Shown here one piece after another: positions 33,701-43,610 of a DNA stretch of 45,718 nt. The stretch's first letter is position 1. Every line of letters begins with the position of its first letter. The position numbers and the translations under genes were made by a program. The stretch is from Elsinoe ampelina (Eukaryota). The notes beneath the pieces are model-generated. The model saw nothing but the letters and a program-made list of their open reading frames with translations. It did not search any database and had not been told where the DNA came from. Location: positions 1-45,718 of the forward strand of contig ML992537.1 of assembly GCA_010093995.1 (NCBI GenBank). The letters are read 5' to 3'.

Positions 33701-35315
33701 AAACCGAGCATAGAATACAGTGCCTAAGTTCAGATAATAAGAACTCTTCTATTCTAGTAGTAAGGTTCTTTGTGTATGTCATTGCTACACTTCTAGGGTG
33801 ACTAAGCCTTTAGTGCCATCTCTAAGATGTTACTTTAGTAGTTCTAGCTATAGCTAGATTTGCTGTAATAAAGCTTAGGTCCCTTTTAAGGGTAGAAGAC
33901 TTGTATATGTATGTGTTATTATTGCTCTTATAAACCTTAAAGTCTTAAAGCCACTTAACATCTCTATCTGCTTTAAGAGTTTCTACTTCTTTGTTGTCTT
34001 TGTTAAGGAGTTAAAGCCTGACAGCTTTAATGCTATTCTTCTTTAAGACTTTACTATTAGAGATAAGATTATAGGGAGATAAAGGAGAATAGATGCAATT
34101 AATAAGAGTAATTGTAGTCTTCTTACTAGCCTTATTTAATAGGGTCAGAACTATAGTTCTAACCTCTATGTTAATAAGGCTTTAGGTTCTAAGTGCCTAA
34201 TTAAGTTTAAGGCCCTTCTTTGTAGTGTAGATGTCTATAAACTATGACTTGTTATTGATGAAGTGTCTTGATGCTCTAGAGTCCTAGATAACATTAGATC
34301 TCTTTATCTTGCTATTTAATAAGGACGTAATGACAGTAGCTTAGCTATTGCTATAGATAAAGTCTTTATTATTATGTTTATTAGATTCTCCCCCCTTAGG
34401 TTAAGTATTATCCTCTACTGCTAAGTAGCCTTTTGCTTTAGATAACTTCCCTTTAGTTTTGCCTTTAGAGTTATTCTTAGTCTTATTATTGCTCTTAGCC
34501 TTCTTATCTCTCTTGCTACTCTATCCTTTAGGGGCCTTTTTAGGATGCTGCTTATAGCAGTTAGCATTTGAATAGGCATGGTAAGTGCATTAGGTATATT
34601 AGTCTTTAATGTAACCTATAGCTCTAAATGCTATGTTATTTCTTCTATTAAGGGGTAGTCTTTCTCTCCTTAGAGAGGCTATTATTACCTTAAGTAGTAT
34701 ATCAGAATTAAGTATAGATCTCTAATTCCTAAGCTATTTAGCCCCCTTAGTGCCCATTACAAAGAGTGTTATAATATAGGAATTAGGGAGGCTATAAAAG
34801 TGTGCCACTTAGCTAACAGTAAGAGCCTTTTACTTAGCTACAATGTTGTATTAGTAAATACACTTCTAGAAGTCTTTATAGTACCTTAGAGTGTCATTGT
34901 TAAAGGGAAGCACTACTTAATAGAGCTTCCTAATGGATTAGTGGAGTTTATATACTACTATTAGCTTAAATGTAGCCTTAATAGTCATAATAAGGTCCTT
35001 TACAGTCTTTAGAGTAGTCCTATAATAAGGTCTAACTAACTTATAAAGCCTAGATATAATAACACTATATGCTATTCTGTCTGACTTTTGCTATTCCTTG
35101 ATCTTGACTTTGTATATAGCGCTTGTCTTACTACCTTTAAACTTGATTAGATTAGGCTTTAGCTTCTTATCTACCTAGTTAAGGTTATTAAACATATAAC
35201 TAATAACATCTTTCTTAATAAGGGTAACCTCTAGAGTTAATCTCTAGGCATTGTAGTTGCTTCCTCTCTTGAGTATTTAGGTTTTATAGACTTTGCTTAA
35301 GCCTTCTAAAGACAT
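30726..35315 (-). pseudogene. RIP-disrupted Copia gag-pol polyprotein
   Basis: Motifs with RIP reversions in brackets: ATG at 35315 then GSNYNA[W]; zinc knuckle [C]T*CTYHA[H]SNANC (~34555-34600); protease [W]DS[G]ASRH (~34265-34290); integrase WH*RL[G]HP (~33795-33820) and S[DG]GSEF (~33425-33445); RT ARGFTQ (~32015-32030), KGLY[G]LKQA (~31770-31797) and YVD[D] (~31650-31662); RNase H Y[S]DSDFA[G]D (~31145-31170), K[H]V[D]LR and A[D]ALTKP. Confidence 0.93.
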
Positions 35316-35500
35316 AGTAATTAGCTAGAAGGCGATAGATAGTTGCTTTTAATTGGTTTGTTAAGCTGTTTAATAAAGGATAAATGCAGGCTACTACAGG
35401 TGTTTGTCCCAATGCAGCTAGTCCAGAATTTGGTGTAGGTTGATAATTCTTTTTGATAATGACACGCTTAATTTGCTATAGATTCGAGTGCTTTAAAGAA

Positions 35501-35517
35501 GCGCCGGGCTCATAACC
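35501..35517 (-). other. Primer-binding site complementary to the anticodon arm of initiator tRNA-Met (GGTTATGAGCCCGGCGC)
   Basis: Directly adjacent to the 5' LTR. The plus strand reads GCGCCGGGCTCATAACC, i.e. the tRNAi anticodon stem-loop with CAT. It is not a TGG-type 3'-end PBS. Confidence 0.85.
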
Positions 35518-35657
35518 TGTTGTACTTGGCAAATCGGATCGAGAGACGTGTGTTTTATTCAGAGAGTTACAATAACCGATTATCTACTGTGCGTGTGCTG
35601 ACTCATCGGTACCAGTCCTTCAGTACCGGAGAAGCTGTACCAGCTTGAGTTACAACA
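35518..35657 (-). repeat. 5' LTR of the Copia element
   Basis: 140 bp with perfect terminal inverted repeat TGTTGTA...TACAACA, followed by TSD GTGCA. Confidence 0.97.
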
Positions 35658-36405
35658 GTGCAACCCCGGCAAGATCCAATCCGGTCGGTACAGCTCCCCG
35701 CGATTTCGCGCTTGTTTCGTGAATCATGTTGTGCACCTTGTACGATTCCGGGCCAAAGGGCAATGTCTCGACCGTCGTCATCAGACAAGCAATGAGACAT
35801 GCATTGTTAATCAGGTAAGTACATTCAAGCTTTCAAGACAGGTGGAGAGAATAAGAGAGATCTCGTACCTGTATATTTTGGTTGAGACATGGGATGTGCA
35901 TAATCTTTAAGCTTTCTTTATGCAACGCTTCGGTCACTATAAACGATTCCATCACGAGACGGATCATCTCCCGTTATGTCTGCTCAGAAATTACAAAATC
36001 ATCAGAGAGGATGTGGTTGCCTGAGTTATTCATATATCTCAGCAAAAGCACAGTCGCCGGAGACGCGTGGCAACTGTGGCAGATCCACGAGCAGCCGTCA
36101 GGTCCAGGTACTAGCGCCGGCATTGAGGTCCAGTAACTGTGATGGAGCCATCGGTGGCACAGGATGCACGACGTAACGTGCTAGAGGCCATGTTCCAGGC
36201 ACACCAGATAAACGAATGAAAATTGGGGCGAACCGGACGGATGAAGGCGGCATGCACGTGCCAAGAAATCTCCCAGAGCCCCGAATCGGGCCCATTCGCC
36301 CCCGTTTCATCAACACCGCCGTCTCATCATCTATTTTCGACAGCGTCCAATGCGTCCTATATCATCACCACTCGCGCACGACGGAATCGTGCACAACATG
36401 CATCG

Positions 36406-37702
36406 ATGCCGCGAAAACCACACAAAAAGTCGAGATTTGGCTGCGCCAATTGCAAGAAGCGTCACCAAAAGGTATGTCAATCCCTGGCTCATCGATTTGC
36501 AATGCGATGCCATACCGCCATTGGACACCACTGATTACCTTCAACAGTGTGACGAGAGTAGACCGACATGTGTCAATTGTCGTACTGCCGGGACGGAATG
36601 TTCATACCTCCTCCCCAGCAGTATCAGTAGGAGATCTGGCAGTGCGGTAGCCCAAAACTCTCGAGATTCGTCCGAGAACAATACTCCAACATCGCAAACA
36701 ACTTCTCCTGCCGTCGCTTCTGGGTCGGTGGCCTTCCCTGACCGGACAGCTAGCATTACCGACCTTAATCTTGCACACATGGAGCTATTCTACCGATTCC
36801 TTCAAAACCCCGAACTAAGTTTTGGACTCGGTCTGGAACACCCCGAAGAAGGCCTGCGCCTCCTGATCAAGAATGCGTTCAAGAGTCGCTACCTGATGAG
36901 CCTTATTTTAGCAGTCACTTCCATCAGGCAGGCCATCGACGAGCCGCATCGACATGTAGACCTGTACCAGCAATCCATGGAATTGCTGGACAGCGGTTTA
37001 CGTGAATTGTACAAGGAAACCGAGACGATCACAGAGTGCAATATCGCCCCAATATTCATGGCCTCTTCCATCACAGGCATCTACATGCTTTGCGACACCT
37101 TCATCATCAAGCATGACGAGCCACCTGCAATCTTTCTTGACCGCATCATCAACACCATCAAGGTCACCCGGGGAGCTCGAGCCGTCATGGACAATGGCGC
37201 CTGGATGTTACTGGCAAATTCCGAGATCCGACCCATGCTGGGCTTTGACCTCCAAGAACCAATGAAGATTGACGAGGGTGAGGAGCACGAGAATTTCAGC
37301 AAACTCTTCGATTTGATCAAATTATCGGCATTACCAGAAGACGAACGGGCTGCGTGTGATGCGGCTGTACAGCAACTTCTGAGAAGTTTTGGCTCGAAAT
37401 CGAATGTGCCCCATTTGCGGCGAGCGTCGAGGTTTCTCCGTGGCCGGGCATGGCCAGTCACCACTAGCCCCCTGTATGTCGACATGCTCAACCGACGAGT
37501 ACCCGAAGCACTTGTCATATTGGCGAACTGGTCCGTCCTTCTTCACCAAATATCCGACGTGTGGCAACTTGGGGAAGCATCGTCATTACTGATGAGCGCT
37601 GTCGGTCCAGCACTTGGCCATGAATGGAATAGCTGGTTGGAATGGCCGCGAGAGTTTATTTCAAGACCGAGGATGAACTCGGCTGCTACGACACCTGCAT
37701 GA
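36406..37702 (+). CDS. Zn2Cys6 transcription factor, Upc2/Ecm22-like fungal class; exons 36406-36471 and 36548-37702
   Basis: MPRKPHKKSRFGCANCKKRHQK|CDESRPTCVNCRTAGTECSY across intron GTATGT...CTGAT...CAG. Also HMELFYRF, YLMSLILAVTS, AWP...RRVPEALVILANWSVLLH and WLEWP. Confidence 0.92.
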
Positions 37703-37776
37703 TCCTTTTTACGATACCCAAAATATACTTCATTCTGGTTTCCACCTCTTGGCTCGTCATCATCTCATCAGCCATA

Positions 37777-38657
37777 CTAATGTATGGTGAAACCGCCGCT
37801 TGTTGTAAAGCCACCATCAATCCTGACGTCTCCACCAGTGATCATACCGCTCTCGTCTTTGCACAAGAACTCGATGACACCGGCCACCTCTTCCGGCGTC
37901 ACGAACCTGCCAGCAGGTATTCTTGCAAGATGGTCATCCCTTTGCTTGCCTTCACTCCACGCCTTCTTCCCCAGCGCCGTCAGCGCCACTGTCGGGCTTA
38001 CTGTATTGGCAGTCACACCCTCTCTCCCCCACTCATTGGCTTGACATCTGGTGAGGCCATTCAATCCCGCCTTTGATGCACAATATGCCCCGTGGCCATC
38101 AAGAGCAAGATGTGATGCCTGACTAGAGATTGACACTATCCGGCCTGGCGGAGGCGTACTGCCTTGATCTTTGGCGACAGCTTTTCTCGACTTGTACAAC
38201 CTGTACCAAGCATTCGAGACAAGCAATGGTCCTAACAGATTGGGGAGAATGTTCCTTCTTGCCTCCTCAAGAGACGTCTCCTCAAGCGGCTGCACAGAGA
38301 CGTAGCCGGCAGCATTGACCAAGATGCTCGGAAAGGCTGGATGCGAACCACGTTCCGAGTCTCGACCGATTGCTGCAAAGGTAGACTGAATTGACTCGTC
38401 AGAGGTGATATCGCACTCGTAGGCACGAACGTCGGGAGGTGATGTGGAGCCGAACGTCGAAGTCAAGACTTCGTCCTTGCGTGGAGTCTCGAAGGGCGCA
38501 TACAACAGCGCTATGCGGGCAGAGTTCCGCCGCAGAGCAAGAGCTGTAGCAGATCCAAGGCCACCTTTGAATGTCAGTCAAGATTCAATGAGCATTCGTG
38601 TACAGAAAACATACCAAGCCCGCCAGCTATCACGGCGAGACGACCACTGAATGCCAT
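37777..38657 (-). CDS. Short-chain dehydrogenase/reductase similar to D-threitol/galactitol dehydrogenase (DthD/GolD type); exons 38657-38615 and 38564-37777 (276 aa)
   Basis: MAFSGRLAVIAGGLG|GLGSATA across intron 38565-38614 (GTATGT...CTGAC...AAG). Also LVNAAG, SSQA, catalytic YCASK, SPTVALTALGKKAW, IPAGRF and MITGGDVRIDGGFT. Confidence 0.9.
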
Positions 38658-39664
38658 CTGACCAGATTGGAAATCGACTTGAAATGGTCAAACCACTGGA
38701 TTTCGCGGCCGCAGCAATATCTATGGCCTCGTCAACGATGCTCGCGCTGTCACGTGCTGGCGAAATGCGGGGCAAAGGTGCGGGGATGAAACAGGTCCAA
38801 CCATGCGCGACGTCATGGCACAGAGGTTGTTTTCTCGCTGATCTTGCCCGCATTCATCCTTGACTAAGCGGATGGAGTTGCGCTCTCTTATCCTTCCTGT
38901 TCCCTGCACCTTCGTTTGACGACAACACCGACCATGCAAGACTACAGTCCGATCGTCATCAGCACGCAGGAAGAATGGAGTCTGTTAACTTGTCTCTTGG
39001 ATGATTGGACCAATCGCGAAGTCTATCGAGAGGTCTCCTTGGCTGTGTGGAGCCGATAGTACTCGGTGGTGTGATCAATGCCAGTGTAGCTTCAGCATGC
39101 GCCAAGATCCGGAGTAGGTGTTCTGCATCATGGATATGCAGTCTGCTTGGCTAAGCTTGTGCCCTGCGGAGCCGTTGGCAGCTGCGATATACATAGAGGT
39201 CTGTCTCTTCCTTGCTGCAAAATCTATCACTCCCACTACCAGCAACATGTTCGGTCGTGGATGAGTTTGCGAGGAAAGAAGGGAGGTTGAGGACGCGGAA
39301 TTGGTGGTTTGTGAAGCAGAGTGGGTTTTGGGCCGAGGTGAGGGAGAGGGTGGTGTTGGGGATGAGACGGGTGGTATACAAGAGAGTGACAGTGACAAGT
39401 TAGACTACTGGCCCTGTCTTGTTGCTAGCTTAATGTGGCGTATGGTAGCTGGCAGTACCTGCTGATATACTAACAGCCTCAGTGCAATGTATTTCAAAAC
39501 GAGGATATGCTGCACGATTTTCTGGTAGTATAAGCAGGGGCCGTTGTTGCCGTGGGGGCGGCGAGTTTCGGGGGGTTTGCTTGCAGTGCCCTTCCCCCAC
39601 AAGATCTTCACCATCTTCAACAATTTTGGAACCGCGTCCGGGACGCGTTCCTTGCGAAGGCATC

Positions 39665-41512
39665 ATGGCGAGACCCAAGTCCAAGCGCGGTCGACGCAAA
39701 AATGTCTCTTGCAATAGCTGCAGAGAAGTCGGAGCTAGAGTAGGTTTTTGATCTAAACATGTCAAAAATTCTCATCTGACCAGAGCAGTGTGCACCCAGC
39801 AGGCTGACATGTACCTACTACCACAACAAAGATCCACAGCCTCAGAATTCACAGACTCGAAAGCGCAAACGCAAGCTAAAAGGTGCTCGAGATGGCCCAT
39901 TGCGAGGCATTGGCTCCCAGAGAATCGCACTCGAGCCGCCAGCTCCGATTGAAGATGAGAGCGAAGCCGAAGATTCCACCTACGCCGACCGCACAATACG
40001 AGGAGCGTCAAGATTCAGTGACAGAATCACAGTCTCGGTCAATGACGCACTGAGCGACGACATATGCATCGACGCAATCTCCATCCAACGACGACTCGAA
40101 GATGCCGTCCAGTGGCATCAGCACGGCGCCCGAATCGAGGACCACGCACTTGCTTGCTTGAAGCATTACATGGCCTACTTGTTCCCCAACGTTCCCCTGC
40201 TCGGCGAGAGGTCTTTCTCGCATGGCCTAAAGCTAGTAGGTAATCTCTACTACCAGTGTCAATGGCAGCTACTCCAGGCTGACGAATTCCACTTCTCTCG
40301 CCCAAGTGTCACTCCCAGGAGCGACCGCTGCAACTTCCGTCTCAAGGACATCTCCGAATTCTGTCTCATCACCGCCATGTGTGCTGCAGTACATTATTTG
40401 ACCCCAGAATGTCTGGCTTTGCCCGGCCACGAGATGGCTCCTGCCTTTCTACGAGCATCAAGACGAATGCTGGATTTGATCAGCGACCTGGACCTCAAGA
40501 CACCCACTTCAAACTCGTTGGTCACAAGGTACCTGCACTCGCTCTGCCTGCGTTCCTTTGGAGAAGAGACGCTGTCATGGCACGCACTCGGCGAGGCTAT
40601 CCGGATCGCACAGGCCATGCGCCTCTTTGATGAGGACTCATACGATGGACTGCCTGAGTACGAGGCGGCGATCCGGCGTCGTGTATTCTGGCAGTTGTTC
40701 ACTGATGATAGATCCGGGGCTCTTCTGGAAAGTCGCCCTTCTGCCATGGACATGCTGACCACCAAGCCCCGCCTCACGGTAGCAGCGCTTGATCTCGAGC
40801 ATGAGCCAACCCTGACGTACCACGCTTTCTCCGCCATTCGGACTCCTGGTCTCGAGAAGCAACTCCGCGAGGGTTTCAACCTACGGCAGACGCTGTTCGG
40901 TATTGCCATGAATTTGGTTGAGGAGCTTCGCCTGGCGGGACGCTACTATGGTGACTTTGTCGAGATCATCTGGAGCAAGATACCAGGTAGACCCAGAAGA
41001 CGGATCACGGACCTATACCTTCGCTTTACATTGGCTCTAGACAAGGCATCGCACGCCTTCCAATTCGTCGGCGAAGTGGATACTACGCCTGAAGGTCCAC
41101 TGATGGTACAAACCATGGTGGTCAACCTGTGGATCACCTACCACTGTCTGCACAACGTCATCCTTTCCCGCTATGCCGAGGCCGACGCCGTTTCTGTACT
41201 CGGATTGAGCGGCGAACACTTCGCAGTTGACTCAAAGAGGTATGCAGTGGGGCACGATCTTGTGCAAGTACTGCGTAATGCACCTAATGATGCGTTACTG
41301 CTGAATGGCAGCACATGCGTATGTATCGATGGTGATACTACCAAAACATGGCTAGCTGACAATACTAGGCCGCTATGATCAAGGAGGTGGCCGCTTCGTT
41401 GCTTGACGTATCGACAGCCACAGACAATGCACTGCTTGCGGACCAAGCGAAGATTGATCATGATGCACTGTACGTGGTGCTTTCGCGACTCGTTCCACGG
41501 ACAGTACCATAA
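39665..41512 (+). CDS. Fungal-specific transcription factor (Fungal_trans domain) with an atypical 4-Cys N-terminal zinc region; exons 39665-39739, 39789-41318 and 41369-41512
   Basis: N-terminus RRKNVSCNSCREVGAR|CAPSRLTCTY and NLS-like RKRKRK. Middle homology region YLFPNVPLL...SWHALGEAIRIAQAMRLFDE...IRRRVFWQLFTDDRS. Introns GTAGGT...CTGAC...CAG and GTATGT...CTGAC...TAG. Confidence 0.85.
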
Positions 41513-41951
41513 ATAGGTGCTTGGCGTAGAAGCTCCTGCCGCGAGGACCAGATTTTCCTCGTCGGCAACGAAACACAATGACCGCTTGTACTTGACGCTG
41601 CGATGCTCAGCCCTACATCTTTCACAATGCAAGCACCATGGCATAATTACGACCAAGCAGCCTACCTCGCTCGGGACAGATTAAGCGAAGCGTATTGACA
41701 AACAGTCCTGGTAGTTCTTAGCCAGATCTGTGAATTAGCTTCTCATGCTGTGCAGTTTCTGGTAGTCATCAGTTGTGTCTGTCCACCAGATCTTGCTTCT
41801 CATGCCGTGATAGCCATTGCAACAAGCCACATTTGAAATCGCGGAAACGTAGGTAAATATTTGCGAGCAGAGAGGCACCAGCACACCACAGCTTTAGTCT
41901 CACGCATTGGAAAAACATTGATTCCTTCTCGCCCCCCACGCAGTCTAATAC

Positions 41952-43610
41952 CTAAGCCTTCTCCCTAACCTCCACATCCTCCACCTCGACCGCCCTCTGC
42001 TTCTCCTCCAACGCCCTCTCGGCGACAAACTGATCATGGATCTCCGCCTCCTTCTGCCCGTACAACCCAATCTTATACCAAGGCAACTTGAACAAGGCAT
42101 CCATGGCCTCCAGACTCCTCCCCGCCGTCTCGGGGATCTGCAACCACACCCAAACCCCACCGATCAGGGTAATCGCTGCGAAGAACCAGAACGTGCCCGA
42201 CGGACTCAGCCCCCCCGCGTCCTTGGAGAGGAGCATAGGCGGCACGGCCCTGGAGTTGCCGTACTGGTTGACGAAGTGGAAACACATGACCATGGAGCTG
42301 CAGATGGCGCGGATGCGGAGGGGGTAGATCTCTGCGTTGAGGAGGTACTGCATCGAGTTCCAGCCCATGGCCCAGCCGAAACCGCTGACGTAAATCATGA
42401 CGATGGCGCCGACGGAGGCGTGCTTCTGGCTCGCGGTGAAGACGGTGTGTTCGTCGATGTCCGGCACCGCGGTGAGGAACGAGGCAATGTACACCATGCT
42501 GATGGCTTGGAGGGAGATGCCGATGACCAGCGCGCGTTTGCGCCCGATGACGTCGACGAGGAAGAGGGCGCACATGATGCTCGCCACGAACTTGACCACG
42601 CCGAAGATGCACGTCGCGAAGAGTTTTTCGTTTTGGCCCTTTGTGCCGAGCAGGGCGAACATGTCCGGTGCGTAGAGGGTGATGCTGCCTGCGCCGGACC
42701 ATTGGGAGAGGAGCTGGGAGAAGACGCCGAGGTAGATGCGGTAGAGGTTGTTGGGCATGAGGAACATTTCGCGGAGGATGCCAAATGCGCCTTGGCCCAT
42801 TGTGGCTTCTTTCTCTTCGGCGAGCTGGTGCTTGATCTCGTAGATTTCCGAGGCGACGTGCGGGTGGTCGGGGGCGAGATTGCGAATGCGGGCGAGGTTG
42901 GTGATGGCGTGGGCGTCGTCGCCCATTTTGATGAGGTAGCGGGGGGATTCGTAGTTGAAGATGCTGAGGATGAGGATGATGCCGGCGAACATGATGTGCA
43001 TGGTTGTGGGGATGATCCAGGATTGAGCGCTGTCGAGGTTGAGGTGGAGCGAGGCGCCCCAGCTGGCGAAGTAGGCGAGCATAATCCCAATGTAGACTGC
43101 GCCGGAGAAGACGCAAGTGCAGAGACCACGGACAGACTTGGGGGCGATCTCGGAAATGTAGACGGGGGCAATGACGGTGGTCTCGCCGATACCCACGCCG
43201 GCAATGAAGCGACCGGCGTAGACCTGGCTGAGACGGCCATTGTTGGTGAGGAAGATGACAATACCGAGAATCCAGAGGATGCAAAGCTGGCGGGTAGCCC
43301 ACAGACGACCAATGCGATCGGCGACAAGGAAAGCGAGGAGGGCGCCAGCGACAGAGCCGATCTGGACCATGGCTGAGACGTTACCCTTGACGTTGGCATA
43401 GGTGACCTCGTCGAGTTGGTCGAAGCCGAGCTTCTTCTGGAAACTCTTGGTGTTGAAGGTGCCTGAGATCAAACCTTCGTCGATACCACGGGCAGCACCC
43501 ATGATGCCGAAGCTGAAGACGGCGAACCACAGTCGCCAGTTGAGGACTTCCTTGGGGTCATCGCCGCGGTTGAGCTTGAAGATGTTGACAGGCTTCTTGC
43601 CTCCCGCCAT
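41952..43610 (-). CDS. MFS sugar porter, quinate permease (QutD)-like subfamily
   Basis: Sugar-porter motifs ADRIGR, GRFIAGVGIG, PVYISEIAPKSVRG, ESPRYL, LVDVIGRKR, AEIYPLRIR and PETAGRSLEAMD. About 12 hydrophobic segments. Confidence 0.93.
   Translation of the reverse strand: MAGGKKPVNIFKLNRGDDPKEVLNWRLWFAVFSFGIMGAARGIDEGLISGTFNTKSFQKKLGFDQLDEVTYANVKGNVSAMVQIGSVAGALLAFLVADRIGRLWATRQLCILWILGIVIFLTNNGRLSQVYAGRFIAGVGIGETTVIAPVYISEIAPKSVRGLCTCVFSGAVYIGIMLAYFASWGASLHLNLDSAQSWIIPTTMHIMFAGIILILSIFNYESPRYLIKMGDDAHAITNLARIRNLAPDHPHVASEIYEIKHQLAEEKEATMGQGAFGILREMFLMPNNLYRIYLGVFSQLLSQWSGAGSITLYAPDMFALLGTKGQNEKLFATCIFGVVKFVASIMCALFLVDVIGRKRALVIGISLQAISMVYIASFLTAVPDIDEHTVFTASQKHASVGAIVMIYVSGFGWAMGWNSMQYLLNAEIYPLRIRAICSSMVMCFHFVNQYGNSRAVPPMLLSKDAGGLSPSGTFWFFAAITLIGGVWVWLQIPETAGRSLEAMDALFKLPWYKIGLYGQKEAEIHDQFVAERALEEKQRAVEVEDVEVREKA

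Larger units (their letters stand above)
28850..35657 (-). mobile_element. Full-length Ty1/Copia LTR retrotransposon (6808 bp), inactivated by RIP
   Basis: Two 140-bp LTRs with TGTTGTA...TA(C/T)AACA ends. 5-bp TSD GTGCA at 28845-28849 and 35658-35662. PBS and PPT are oriented for the minus strand, and domain order is gag-PR-INT-RT-RH. Confidence 0.97.

Noticed and set aside
36350..36547. ORF-track N-terminus MRPISSPL... for the Zn2Cys6 gene
   Set aside because: It reads through an intron. The real exon 1 (36406-36471) is in another frame and supplies the first CxxC.
39075..39400. C-rich minus-strand stretch with short ORFs between the SDR and the transcription factor
   Set aside because: Looks coding-like in composition, but has no ATG-initiated coherent frame or recognisable motif. 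It could be a decayed remnant but is unsupported.
42036..43399. 446-aa plus-strand ORF and 409/334-aa alternate-frame ORFs over the transporter
   Set aside because: Explained by strong C/G third-position bias in the sugar-porter CDS.
27118..43610. Secondary-metabolite cluster or Starship-type giant element (transcription factors, transporter, SDR, RTA1, TE)
   Set aside because: No PKS, NRPS or terpene backbone gene and no DUF3435 tyrosine-recombinase captain. The only bounded mobile unit is the Copia element.
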